A stretch of DNA of 63,764 nucleotides, filler included, from Octopus bimaculoides (Eukaryota): assembly GCF_001194135.2 (NCBI RefSeq). It is 6 parts of 6 records of this genome, joined end to end, with 100 filler letters (N's around TTAATTAATTAA, not from the genome) between each part and the next. Parts side by side here need not be neighbours in the genome. Positions count along the whole stretch, not along the records: positions 1 to 25,993 come from NC_068989.1; positions 26,094 to 39,821 come from NC_068981.1; 4 more parts are not named here. One strand, 5' to 3'. The notes under the pieces were generated by a model, which was given only the letters and a program-made list of their open reading frames with translations, was not told the DNA's origin and made no database searches. Below, one piece after another: positions 12,638-26,559 of this stretch (position 1 is its first letter; each line of letters starts with the position of its first letter). The position numbers and the translations under genes are program-made.

Positions 12638-13055
12638 CTCTGAATTCATGTAAAATGCTAAATGGCATTACGATAAGAGAAACTAATAGATCAGTAACAG
12701 CTAAGGAGAACAGAAAGTAATTGGTGACAGTTTGAAGTCTCCGTTCCTTAGCAATGGCAAGACAAACGAGAAGATTTCCTGTAATTCCAAAAATTACAAA
12801 TGGAGCTGGTGCAAGAGCCCACCAGTTGAGGGTGCCGTCAAGGTTTCCTGTATTCAAACTTCCATTGTTCGTACCATTAGTTCCATTAAAGAAACATAAC
12901 CCATCACCACAAGGACTTTGAGTGAAATCCGGGTGAGTGAAGCTGGGTATTGGCCTTTGCCCAAACGACAAATTAAGTGTACCACCATCTTCAGGTAGTA
13001 TGTCTTCAGTCTGTGGGTCAATTCGAAATAGGTCCCTAGTAGTATGGAACTCCAT
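12638..13055 (-). CDS. HTR2: Coding exon (N-terminus, TM1, TM2) of an aminergic class A GPCR, probably a 5-HT2-type serotonin receptor; partial gene
   Basis: [64 protein letters not shown] contains the TM1 GN, ERRLQ..TNYFL.SLA..D and VMP motifs. There are four N-glycosylation sequons (NLS, NGT, NGT, NGS). Donor AG|GTAAGT at 12638/12637 (phase 1). Acceptor polyY-TTGCAG| at 13078/13077. First ATG at 13055. The subtype call rests on the NW.AL start of TM1, the ERRLQ loop and the intron position. Confidence 0.85.
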
Positions 13056-15074
13056 CACAACGGAACTCTGGCCAAAACTGCAAATAAAAAGAAAGATGCA
13101 AACAATAAAAATGTGTTATCGTATAAATATTTAGATATCTACGATACTGGTTTTACCTTTAATATGTAGGTTAAGCATTTATGCACATTCGGTTCTAAAA
13201 CGGTGTGTTTTACTCTTATGTGTGTATTTTTACAATGGAAAATAGTATTCAGAAATACGTTCATTATTCTAAAAACTTCCTGTATTTTTCCTCTTGTTTA
13301 CCCCACCATTTGAGTTTAAAATTAATCCTCTTTTGTATTTCTCACTAACTGGAGTTTTAAATTCTACTATATTAAAACAAATGAGAAATAGATGTAAAAA
13401 TCTAACAAAGGAAACTAACAATAACAATATCACATGAGAATTTCAGTCATGTAGGCTTAAATAATGAGCAGATACCAGAATAAGTCACATACATCGGATT
13501 TATACCAATCCATTCACAACACTCTCATTAAGATACACATAATACAAATTGTTAAAGTTGTTGAAGTAGTAGAAAGAAAGGAAGTTCGTATTTCTTTTAC
13601 GAAATAAACCCGATTCAAATTTCTTTTCTGCGATCAGATCGTTTAAGAACTATAAATCGAAAACTATAAGAATTGATACTCAGACAACAGATTTACGCCA
13701 TTTTGAAACTTACATATATTGAGATTAGCTGCACTAGTTTGAGAAACCTTATCTTACACAATAACTCACTCAATACTGAATAAAATAACCAAATACTATT
13801 TAGTAGAGACACAATACTAAATCGTATACGATTTATAAAACACAGCTTTGCGAAATATATTCTCCATCCATCAAATTGATACAACTCTACGCAATTGTAT
13901 TGCGATTGATTCTTTCTTTCCGAAGTGGTTTCTTCTGCACGTGACATGAGTTTCTCTTCCAGGGAGATAACTTTTTTCTACACTAGAAGACGGACACCAC
14001 TGGTATATTTTAATTACGTTTAAAACATTTTGTTTGGTATGTGAGGGGATTTTAGCTCTTTTTGTAAATATTTACTAGTCTCATTCACTCTTCGTAGATG
14101 AGGTAACAATCTGAATGGTGTCTTCTCAGACGTCCGGTCACTTATATTTCGTCATTTCCCGCTTACTGATATAACCAAATATAGCTGCATTAGGTTGTTT
14201 GGTGGTATAGGTTTTGATCCCTGCATTATCGAGGAATATTTCTTATACGTTTGTTTTATTTATTTATTTATTTATTTACGACTGTGTATCGTTGCTATTT
14301 AAAATTATCTTTCTCCATTCGAAACCTTAAGATACTTCTTCCAAAATTGTTTAGCGATTCTTAATGGAAGCAATCTTCATCGACTTATCTACGATAGCTG
14401 CGATTAGTTGCTCCTCTGATGGCTGAAGCAAAACTCTCGAACCTTTGGCTATGCCCGTTTATGTTAGTCTTTTATTCCATTCTACAGGAATAATAGATCT
14501 TCGGAGAGAAGCAGGCATCTAATGTAGAGGGTTTTTCTAGTCATTTGTCCTCTCCATAAAATGGTAAATGGCTAGTGTGCTATTCTTGGAATGTATGCTT
14601 GAAAACCCAAAAAACTGTTCTATGTTAGAAGGATTTCATTTCATAGCTAAGTGGAAAATATGCAAATTTGGTTATAGCTATGATACAAAGCACCATGTTT
14701 TATTTGACTGAAGTCATTATCATTATCTTTTTCTTAATACATTTGCGCAGTTTTTTCATTGCAGACATATTGTGCATTGTTTAGTAGGACTCCGTTCGAG
14801 GATATTGTCCATATATCAGAACAAACAATTATCGACAATATCAGGACAATTAGTTTCTCACGAATATTTTAACAGGTGATAACACTGGCACTGTTTTCAA
14901 AAACAACAGAAGGTCAAGACAAAGAAAACCGTGCCGGTATATACCTGTACGCAGGAGACATTCACGTGTTTCAACACTAATTTCCAGTATGTCATATCTC
15001 GATAAACATTTATGAAGCATTGTAGAACCCGAAATGTCGAGAAGCAATGAAGTAATATGTCGGACAAGGACACA

Positions 15075-15095
15075 ACAACAACAACAACAGCAATG

Positions 15096-15126
<31 letters not shown>

Positions 15127-15145
15127 TAGTAGTAGCAGCAGCTGC
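15075..15145. repeat. Compound (CAA)/(CAG)/(TAG)n microsatellite
   Basis: Directly visible. Confidence 0.95.
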
Positions 15146-17527
15146 AGTGCTTAGGACAATATGCAAGAGATATAACTTTCATGCTGTAGAAAATCTGAGC
15201 TGAACAGGCTGTCAGATTGTATGAAGATTAACTAGATTAAATTAATCTTTATACAACATTCAGTTTCGATAGATCAATAAAATTTAAAAAAAAAAGACAG
15301 CCGAGAGTGTAGTTTAATTAAATACATCTTTACGTAAACAAAATTGTTTATGGAATATTCGTTAAATTTTCAAACGATTTATCAAATGAAATGAATATAT
15401 TTCGATTAGGGAAATACACAACAATGTTAGTGAAACTCAGAATTACCAGCATCGTTGGAAGCAAACTCTGTTGATTTATAACATTGGTGGGTGCTTTCGT
15501 TCTGATATAGTGTATAAATTAAACAAGAGTAAACCACCAAAATATATTTAATCGATTGGATACGAAACTTCGTTAGATTTAATGAGATTATTTTTTCGAA
15601 GGATATATAATAAACGGTCTTAGTCTTAAGTATACCTTGTTGCATTGATTGCGTTGTATGTCGATAGCTGTTCATTTAGCGAGGAAGTCAGAGTACAGCA
15701 ACCAATCCGATTTCGTCACTTTTAAACAAAATCACCACACGCATAGTTAATGGTAAATTTTAATTTTCTCGAGGTTACAAGCCTCCTGTTTTATATTTAG
15801 TTTTAGTTAAACGTCTTACGTTTTATTGAAATACACATCAAACATTCTCAAATATATTATTTCTTTTAATAATTTTCGTAGAAATTTCTATTTCATTTGA
15901 AAATTTATTTATCAATTTCATCTTTAACTATATGTATAATTTATTTGTTAGTAGTATTGCTACACATTACATATATATATCAAGCTATATTTTCAGTTGT
16001 CAACACATCATCTCGCCTGACTATAGCTGTCACTCATTTGTTTTCAGCTGATCTTCCTAACATTTTGTCTTATATTTTTAAATCAATGAATTTTACTATT
16101 TATTACGGTGTGTTTCCAGGATGAACAAATATTTTCAAATGCCACTTCTGTCTTTAGACGTATTGCTTCTATATTTCTGTATCCCCGAATTTCTGCAGTT
16201 TCTTTTCATTTATTAAATACAAACAATTACCCTACTTTTTGTTCTTTATTATTTCCGTCCGTGTTAGGGGAATGGCTTCAAACTTTCTAGTCGATTATAT
16301 ATACCTCAATAATATATTTCAATGCGTGTGTATGTCTGCATGAGTGTGTGCGAATATATGGCGGCACACAGCTTCGTGGTTAAGGCGGTGCACGCATCAT
16401 CGCAAGATTATGATTTCGATACCTGTACTGGACGAAGTCTTCAATTCTTACGGAAACCACTTCATTTCACGTCGCTCCAGTCCTTTCAAATGGACAAGAC
16501 GAAATGATAAATACTGCGACGGACCGGCATCTTTCCAAACGAGGAATATATACGTCACAAAACCAGGGAAGCCGACCATATGAGCGAATGGGTCAGGAAG
16601 GACCTTTGATCCTATATATATATATATANNNNNNNNNNNNNNNNNNNNNNNNNNNNNNNNNNNNNNNNNNNNNNNNNNNNNNNNNNNNNNNNNNNNNNNN
16701 NNNNNNNNNNNNNNNNNNNNNNNNNNNNNNNNNNNNNNNNNNNNNNNNNNNNNNNNNNNNNNNNNNNNNNNNNNNNNNNNNNNNNNNNNNNNNNNNNNNN
16801 NNNNNNNNNNNNNNNNNNNNNNNNNNNNNNNNNNNNNNNNNNNNNNNNNNNNNNNNNNNNNNNNNNNNNNNNNNNNNNNNNNNNNNNNNNNNNNNNNNNN
16901 NNNNNNNNNNNNNNNNNNNNNNNNNNNNNNNNNNNNNNNNNNNNNNNNNNNNNNNNNNNNNNNNNNNNNNNNNNNNNNNNNNNNNNNNNNNNNNNNNNNN
17001 NNNNNNNNNNNNNNNNNNNNNNNNNNNNNNNNNNNNNNNNNNNNNNNNNNNNNNNNNNNNNNNNNNNNNNNNNNNNNNNNNNNNNNNNNNNNNNNNNNNN
17101 NNNNNNNNNNNNNNNNNNNNNNNNNNNNNNNNNNNNNNNNNNNNNNNNNNNNNNNNNNNNNNNNNNNNNNNNNNNNNNNNNNNNNNNNNNNNNNNNNNNN
17201 NNNNNNNNNNNNNNNNNNNNNNNNNNNNNNNNNNNNNNNNNNNNNNNNNNNNNNNNNNNNNNNNNNNNNNNNNNNNNNNNNNNNNNNNNNNNNNNNNNNN
17301 NNNNNNNNNNNNNNNNNNNNNNNNNNNNNNNNNNNNNNNNNNNNNNNNNNNNNNNNNNNNNNNNNNNNNNNNNNNNNNNNNNNNNNNNNNNNNNNNNNNN
17401 NNNNNNNNNNNNNNNNNNNNNNNNNNNNNNNNNNNNNNNNNNNNNNNNNNNNNNNNNNNNNNNNNNNNNNNNNNNNNNNNNNNNNNNNNNNNNNNNNNNN
17501 NNNNNNNNNNNNNNNNNNNNNNNNNNN

Positions 17528-17660
17528 GAAGAAGAAGAAGAAGAAGAAGAAGAAGAAGAAGAAGAAGAAGAAGAAGAAGAAGAAGAAGAAGAAGAGGGAG
17601 TAGGAAAAGAAGAAGAAGAAGAAGAAGAAGAAGAAGAGGGAGTAGGAAAAGAAGCGAAAG
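17528..17660. repeat. (GAA)n microsatellite
   Basis: Directly visible. It produces the poly-R ORF 16504..17700. Confidence 0.95.
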
Positions 17661-18847
17661 AATAAGAAAAGTACAGGGGTGGTATGACGGTAGTAGTTAG
17701 TCGGTGAAGAGGTCTTAAATGGTCACGTGACCTAAAAGTGACCTGTTGTGCTTATAGTAGTAGTGATTGGAAATATTTAAAACAAATAACATTTCATTTA
17801 ATGTCTCCACAATCTAATTGTCTTTCATGCTTAAAATGTTCTTCATGATAAAATTATTTTAGCATTTTCCTTCATATGTGTGTGTGTATACATATTTTCA
17901 TATGTATGCGTATGCGTATATGTGAAATACAGTATGCAAGATGAAAGGGATACCGTTCATGAAAACTGATCCCTTATCTCTTCGCTACACTACCCAGTAT
18001 GTATTTCAAGATGTGCCCGGATGAGGAAGATTTAACTATTGCTTAACATTGCTGAAATACAAATTTCACTGACTTCATAATTTAAGTTTTCGAAATCTAA
18101 ATCTATGCTAGTGTTTCCATCTTACTATTTATTTCCGGCTCCTCTATTTCCCGTCGCGCCCCGTGCAGTAAACCAGATCTCCTACTTCATATGCTTGCTA
18201 TCTTTCTTGATATTTTCACTGATAACACATTGAGAGAAAATCGAATATCATTTTTTTCAGAAACCAGTTATTACACAACAATATTATATCCAACTCAAAA
18301 GTCGTCGTTTGACATAGATACAAACATAGTTATTAGAACATCTTTGCCCTCTCAAACCGGACTCCAAAAGCACCAATAACAACATTGGTCGTATGGATGG
18401 ATCGTTTGTGCTTTATTACCGCTAGGTACTCATATTTGCATCATGGAATATTATGCAACTCACTTATATTCTAAATGAAAACGGCATCCAATACAAATTC
18501 CAATATTTTGTATCATGTTATATCCCTTCATATATCGTTTGATGTGTTCTAATCTTGAATGTTTCGCTCCCTGCACACCCTCTGTCGGCTTTTTTTCATT
18601 TTTCTAAAGTTGTTGCTATATAATATCCGTTCGCAACCATTAAGGTCATACGCAAGTCGTAAAGATTTCTATGCACAACATGAATTCAATGTATGGAAAT
18701 GGTATTATATATTATGCACAACCTTTACAATCATATGATATACATACATGCATACAAACAAACATATACACACACGCATGCACACTCATACATATACATG
18801 TGCAAGTAAATATACATAGGTTTAGATATATATTTATGTACATATAT

Positions 18848-18900
18848 GTATGTCCGTGTATGTCCGTGTATGTCCGTGTATGTCCGTGTATGTCCGTGTA
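18848..18900. repeat. 10-bp tandem repeat (TATGTCCGTG) x5
   Basis: Directly visible. Confidence 0.9.
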
Positions 18901-19043
18901 GATACATATATATCAGAGTTTCTTTTGTCTCTTCAAGCTGTTACTGTTGATCATTTCATTTCTCTCTAACTCTATTAATACATCATAACTTTTTATTGAT
19001 TTCGTGGAATACAGTGTATATGAAATTGTCTACATATAGTGTA

Positions 19044-19102
<59 letters not shown>

Positions 19103-19460
19103 NNNNNNNNNNNNNNNNNNNNNNNNNNNNNNNNNNNNNNNNNNNNNNNNNNNNNNNNNNNNNNNNNNNNNNNNNNNNNNNNNNNNNNNNNNNNNNNNNN
19201 NNNNNNNNNNNNNNNNNNNNNNNNNNNNNNNNNNNNNNNNNNNNNNNNNNNNNNNNNNNNNNNNNNNNNNNNNNNNNNNNNNNNNNNNNNNNNNNNNNNN
19301 NNNNNNNNNNNNNNNNNNNNNNNNNNNNNNNATATGTGTGTGTGTGTGTGTGTACGTATATACGTATGTATGTATGTACGTATATATATATACATATATA
19401 TACGTGCATACATAGATACGTTCATCCATCCATCCATCCATCCATCCATCCATACATACA

Positions 19461-19493
<33 letters not shown>

Positions 19494-21482
19494 GTGTGTG
19501 TCTATGTATTCATATATTCGTATGCTACGTATAAAATGTGTTTATATGAAGAAAATCACCTCCGACCTTGTCTAATATAAAGAGGCTTATACTAAATCAT
19601 ATTTTCCATTAGAGTTAATAGAGTCTAAGAATTTATATCCAGGGTTGTTGTGCAGTCATGTTGCCAATGGAGTCACAAAATCCTCTACGATCCTCATAGG
19701 CGTTCATGAAGTGTTGTCTGATACTAAGGGAAATGTCCAGGAAAGTAGATTATGCTGAAACAGAACAAAAGTTTATGGCTTAGGAATTGCTGAATGTGCT
19801 CTCATAATCAATATGCTCGATAAATTAGCCACCAGCCTAAATGTCAGATGAGAGATATTTACCAAATGTCGCCACATAGCTACGTATGGAATGTTTGGTA
19901 AGTTTTAACACCACCCGATTCAATGGGTCAAATCCAACAATTTATGTGAACCAACATATTTTTTTCTTTAACTCTCCTTTTTTAATAACTAGCTACGGCA
20001 TTCTATCAGTATACAGCCGTCTTTGTGCATGCTTTTGTATATGTGGGTGTGTGTTGTGTGCGTGTGTGTGCGTGTGCGTGCGTCCGTGCGTGCTTCTATA
20101 GACGTGTCTCAATGTGTTTGCATGTGTTTGTGTCTGGGCGTTAGAAAACCATCTAATATATAGCTACAAGCGAATTTACGAACTTACGATGCTCGCCCAT
20201 ACACATATATATAAACAAACAGACATACGGACACACAGACGCACACGTACACACGCACACACACATCTATACAAACATTATAGATGCACTGTTTTCTGTA
20301 CCAATTTGGATAATGAGTGTTTAGAGACTCAGATCATGTTTCCATTGTTGAATTAGTCACAAGGTTAATGGAATGAATAACCAGATAAATCACGGGAAAT
20401 ACAAAGTAAGTATAATGAGGCTGTAATAGTACAGTTGTTATTGATTGCTAAATGTCTTACACGGCATTGTATTAACATTCTATGTATTTCATTAGGCTTC
20501 AGAATTTCCCTCAAACTGTAGGTATGAAATTAAGCAAAAAAAGGTATATTAAACCATTTTAGTTTATAAGTCAGTGTAACATAGACAGAATGCGTACTAT
20601 AGTCATTTATACGAAATTGTCAAATAAAAAGCGAGAGTGTATGTAATACATAAAAGAAAAAAAGAAAATACGAAAACGAGAAAATACGAAAGCGAAAGCC
20701 GCATAAGCGCAGAGTAGTCTACTGGATTATATCTACATCGTGTAGTATTATTAGACAATAGCCAGCTAAAGCTGCTGGGCAATAAATTGAGTTATTCTCG
20801 CATTAGAATGTTAAGTCCGTCTTGTTCACGAACGGCTCTATATCGATTTAGTGTACTTTTAACCATCAGCCAATCAATATGCATCCGCTTGTTCGATCCG
20901 CAAAAACCTATCCGCTAAATCTCTCACAAACGAAGCATGCCATCTGAGTTTTTCGCTTGATTCAACTATACTGCTCGGTTCTTTATATAATTAATGTAAT
21001 CCTCTCCCTCTGCAAGAATTATGGCAAGTCAGCTCTCTGCACCGATGGTAACTACCTTCCCACATAAAAAAAGAAAGAATTCTAGAAGGCCCCTTTGTAT
21101 TTTTCTAACATGATATATGTTTCTCTAGGTTACGTTACATCCCAAACAAAGGCAACGCTATTATGGATTAACAGCATTTGAATCCTTTTTTGGTTGCTTG
21201 ATTAAATTTGAAAGAGTATCAAACAACAAAACTATAAAACTATAAACTTTTAAAACTTCATGCTTCCTAAAATTCGCCAACACTACACCTGATATCATCC
21301 TTCCATACGCATGCACACATGCACATCATGACTTACACACTGTTCACCTTCCTGAATTTTGTGGATAATTCTAGGTACTGTAATGCGCCTTTGATGACTT
21401 TTAGTACACCAGAGCAATATACAGAATAATTTAATTATCGTTATATTACAGTAATGTGACGTGGCCTTGTGGTTACGGTGTA

Positions 21483-21750
21483 CACGGTCTGATCAATAAG
21501 TATCCAGACTGTTGCCATCGCAACAAAGCTAAGGCTTGCAGAGTGAAGCCACTTGGCACTGTGTGACTTTGAGCTCCCATGGGCATGCGCACTAAATTTT
21601 AACGTTCTAGCTCACCTCCGCTTTTTACAGCAGTGCTTAGAAGGAACGTGTGTATCGTATGATCGTCGCATTGACCATGACAGAAAGTTGAGCAGAGAAT
21701 ATGCAACAAATTTTGTCAAGAGCTTAGCGATATCTGCTCTCTATTTGGCA
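21483..21750 (+). mobile_element. Mariner 5' end (left TIR and transposase N-terminus)
   Basis: TA + cacggtctgatcaataagtatccagactg (mariner-type TIR). Downstream, (M)...VEQRICNKFCQELS resembles the EQRxCIKFC N-terminus of mariner transposases. Confidence 0.7.
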
Positions 21751-22129
21751 CATCGAATGCGAAACCACTCAGTTTAGAGTGAGGCGATGACAGTGTGTCT
21801 ATTGTATTCACGACTGCATAGATACCTGAAAAAACAATCCCAGATGTCTTATACATTTAGTGTGATACATATCCTGTCTTGGTATTGTTGTTTACTTTGT
21901 TGCTGTTTAACACCTTAACAACCTTAATCAAGTAGACATGGTCAAATTAATCCCTGCCGTGGCTCTTTTTCAGAATCACTTCAAATGTTCAACAAACTGA
22001 ATTTCTTCTAGTTAATTTGACATGTAAAATGATTAGTATTCCACTGACCCGAAATCGTTTAACACAGTTTTCAGATTAATATTACGTGATAAACCTGGGC
22101 TGTTGAATTAAATACGAGATAGCTAGCTA

Positions 22130-22137
22130 GAGTGAGT

Positions 22138-22211
<74 letters not shown>

Positions 22212-22272
22212 GAGAGAGAGAGAGTGAAAGAGAGAGAGAGAGAGGGGGAGAGAAAGAGAGAGAGAGAGAGTA
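22130..22272. repeat. (AG)n microsatellite
   Basis: Directly visible. Confidence 0.95.
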
Positions 22273-25200
22273 AAATGAATGATATAGTGAGAGGAATCTA
22301 CATAAGTAGTAGACGATTACTTTATTTTGGGTCACCTGAAGGATGAAAGATAGCAATAGTTATAGTTGGATTTGAAGCTGGATCACCGAAAATCACAAAG
22401 ATTACCTCCAAAGCATTCTATCCGACGCCACAAAATTCTACGAACACTCCACCCTCTTTACACTTAGCATTGCATTTAATGGCTTAGATAAATTGTTGAT
22501 GATGTTTCTTCGCCCCTCATCAACTCCGAGTGGGCAGATGCATTAAGATTAAAAGTATTCCAGCCTTGACAAGTTCACCGTTGTGTACTTCGGACTTCAT
22601 TTCTCAACGTAGTTTTCCATTCAGACGAGATGTTGTTTAGTGAAGGAACTTTCACGAAGAACCGCTGTTATTTTTTTTCCTTTTCAAAGTATCACTAGTT
22701 TACTATCCTCATGTAACTCTATCAAAAACATGTATGTTGTCAGGATCAATGTTGTTGATGTATTAGGCAGCTATAATTTTTATCGATTCGTGCAAATTGC
22801 GAGGCAGGTGTTCGATAGAAGATATCTTTTTTTATTTCGTACACGAAAACTTACTATGTACTGACTGAATATTTTCTTACATCCTGTCCAAATATATTCG
22901 TTAGAGTTTTTATTTTAGATTCTTTCTTGTACAGTTGTTATTCATCATTATGTTTTCTATTATTACTATTCTGAACTATTCTCTGAATAATATCTTCAAG
23001 ACAATACACTCTATTTTTCACAGTGCATATTGTCTGTACGTGTGTGTGTTTGTGTGTGTGTGAGTGAGCATGCTCGGTTGTATGAATCCACATATACAAA
23101 TGTCTTTATGTAGTATGGGTGAGTGTGTGCACGCGCGTGCGTGTGTAACTTTCTCGTATTTTTTTTAGTGTTTCAGTACCAGTCAATTCTTTTGTATCTC
23201 TCGCTTATTTGCTATCACATATATACCCTAACTAATAGTTTATCTTTGACAATTAAGGTGTTTTTTTATATATATATTTGTCAAGGTTGCAAAGACCTTC
23301 AATGCAATGATGTGCCGGAGATCATTCCCAATGAAACCCGTTTCAAAACACTGTCAATCCTGGATTTTATGCTTTCTACGAGTTCATCGCATGTGTTAAA
23401 ATCAGTAAAGATTATCTCTATCAAAGCGAAATCTAACCTCTAAAGAGCAGAGTAGTTGTTAGAGAATAATATCCATAAATCTATTATGTTTCCTATATGG
23501 TTTAATCGTGAGGCGAAGAACCTCGAGGCCGGACCAAATCAATGCTAAATTTGGATAATATTGCAACGTCTACAATAACAAACTTTAAATGTTCCTTAAG
23601 TTATTTATCTAGTCAACATTTGTTAGAGATTTTACAATAAAATACACCATAACTTCAGTTGTTTTCTTATTGATGATATTGATAATAATTGAAGTTGGTT
23701 GTATGTAAGTTATAAATAGGTAATAAACAAGTTAGTAAAGGTCAAGTAGATCTATTAATAAATTGTTGAGTTTACTTTCATTGTTATATAATATCTATAG
23801 GAAGAATACATCTATTTCTTTTTGGTTTGTAATATGATAGAGATTTAGAAGGTGACTACACTAAGGGTCGTTACCGCATTGGAGGCAGCTCGGCTGGCAT
23901 TTCTTTCAGCCTTGCATTTGCCTTTCATCACTGACTCGGTCGATAAAATACTAGCTGAACACAGGGGTCTATTACACGAAATTTCAGGCTATGTGCTTAT
24001 AATACAAAGACAACGATGGAGATTCAGCTTGTAATTCTAGCAACCAAAACCACGAAATGCAAACCACCACGTGCATTTATAACATAAAATAAAATAAAAT
24101 AGAAGTCTAGCTAAATGGTTGTTATGAAACTGGAAACCACAAATAAGATTGAGAATATACAAACACATTAACCTGCAGACTTTCATACATACTACATACA
24201 CACTCAGGACTCGCTTACGTAGATACCCACAGAGGTGCATATATATATATACACACACACACACATATATATATATACNNNNNNNNNNNNNNNNNNNNNN
24301 NNNNNNNNNNNNNNNNNNNNNNNNNNNNNNNNNNNNNNNNNNNNNNNNNNNNNNNNNNNNNNNNNNNNNNNNNNNNNNNNNNNNNNNNNNNNNNNNNNNN
24401 NNNNNNNNNNNNNNNNNNNNNNNNNNNNNNNNNNNNNNNNNNNNNNNNNNNNNNNNNNNNNNNNNNNNNNNNNNNNNNNNNNNNNNNNNNNNNNNNNNNN
24501 NNNNNNNNNNNNNNNNNNNNNNNNNNNNNNNNNNNNNNNNNNNNNNNNNNNNNNNNNNNNNNNNNNNNNNNNNNNNNNNNNNNNNNNNNNNNNNNNNNNN
24601 NNNNNNNNNNNNNNNNNNNNNNNNNNNNNNNNNNNNNNNNNNNNNNNNNNNNNNNNNNNNNNNNNNNNNNNNNNNNNNNNNNNNNNNNNNNNNNNNNNNN
24701 NNNNNNNNNNNNNNNNNNNNNNNNNNNNNNNNNNNNNNNNNNNNNNNNNNNNNNNNNNNNNNNNNNNNNNNNNNNNNNNNNNNNNNNNNNNNNNNNNNNN
24801 NNNNNNNNNNNNNNNNNNNNNNNNNNNNNNNNNNNNNNNNNNNNNNNNNNNNNNNNNNNNNNNNNNNNNNNNNNNNNNNNNNNNNNNNNNNNNNNNNNNN
24901 NNNNNNNNNNNNNNNNNNNNNNNNNNNNNNNNNNNNNNNNNNNNNNNNNNNNNNNNNNNNNNNNNNNNNNNNNNNNNNNNNNNNNNNNNNNNNNNNNNNN
25001 NNNNNNNNNNNNNNNNNNNNNNNNNNNNNNNNNNNNNNNNNNNNNNNNNNNNNNNNNNNNNNNNNNNNNNNNNNNNNNNNNNNNNNNNNNNNNNNNNNNN
25101 NNNNNNNNNNATATACATATATACATATATATATATACACACAGTCCCAACACAAGTAACATTCGGGAAGTTGTAATTTCATGATTGCGTGGTTAACCTA

Positions 25201-25913
25201 CACTCTACTCTGAATAGAGACCACAATGTGGTCTCTGGATTGTGTTTATTGGTGTTCAACATATGGTAAACATCTGGACCAGGTCTGAGGTTTAAATCTA
25301 AAGAGATATCTTCATGTGATATTTACGGTTGCACCTACTAAATCGCACTGCCTGCACGAGAGTGTTTATAATCAAGCAAGCGTTGTTATCTGCGATATCT
25401 GTATAGAAAGGAGATGAAATGCACACATTTGCACAACAAACATGCGCACCTTTATTCGAAGTGAGATCCTAAACGAATACATATGTATACGCATGCAGGA
25501 AAACAGACTTGAATGTTTGAGAGCGAGGGAGTGAGAGACAATGATTGACGGAGAGAGAGAGAGTGTGACAGATAGACACACATTACACTAAAACATACAT
25601 ACAGAAAAAGGGGAGGTAGTAGGGTCGAAGTAGTTGTCTATATCACAATGTCTTTATGTTGAAATATATGCATCATATATACGTACATTTATGAATATGT
25701 GATCACCTTTAGATATATTATCAAAAACTGAGCGCACCTCAATATGTACATACATTCGTATAAATATATGTTTATGTGTGTGAGTATTAATCTAAATGTA
25801 TTTGCAATTCAGAAGTTTAACATGAAATCGAAAATAATACAATATACAAATCATGATTCCTTTATATCTTTAAAATATGTTTTCGTTGCTCCTACTTTTC
25901 AACGTCTACAGTA

Positions 25914-25960
<47 letters not shown>

Positions 25961-26037
25961 CACATACTCACGTCAGTAAATGTATGTATATATNNNNNNN
26001 NNNNNNNNNNNNNNNNNNNNNNNNNNNNNNNNNNNNN

Positions 26038-26049
26038 TTAATTAATTAA
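26038..26049. other. Artificial six-frame-stop scaffold linker TTAATTAATTAA
   Basis: Flanked by exactly 44 N on each side (100 nt total). The same structure recurs four more times. Confidence 0.95.
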
Positions 26050-26559
26050 NNNNNNNNNNNNNNNNNNNNNNNNNNNNNNNNNNNNNNNNNNNNGGGAGAG
26101 AGAGAGAGAGGGAGAGAGAGAGGGAGAGAGAGAGAGAGAGAAAGATGCACATATGTATATACCTGTGTATATATCTATGAAAAAATACTTGTATTATATA
26201 TATACATAAATGTATGTATGTATGTATGTATGTATGTATGTATGTATGTATGTATGTATGTATGTGTACGTGTGTGTGTATCTATGTATATGTATACATG
26301 CATGTAAATATATACTCTTACGTACACATGCAACAACTCATATGCGGATATAAAAATTACAGACACATAAACCTCGCCAAACGTGTGTACACACACTAAA
26401 CGTGCATATGTGCATACGTTAACACGCGTATACAGCATGTAACGTATATAGCTTGTACACACTTGTAGCGCATGTAATCCTATTCTTTATCGTTATTTAC
26501 TGTATCAGCTTTTGTTTTTGTTTACTAATTTCCTGTCTGTCGAACACAATCAGCTTCTG

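Noticed and set aside
26038-26049. TTAATTAATTAA as a homeodomain site or conserved element
   Set aside because: Always centred in exactly 44+44 N, so it is an assembly linker.
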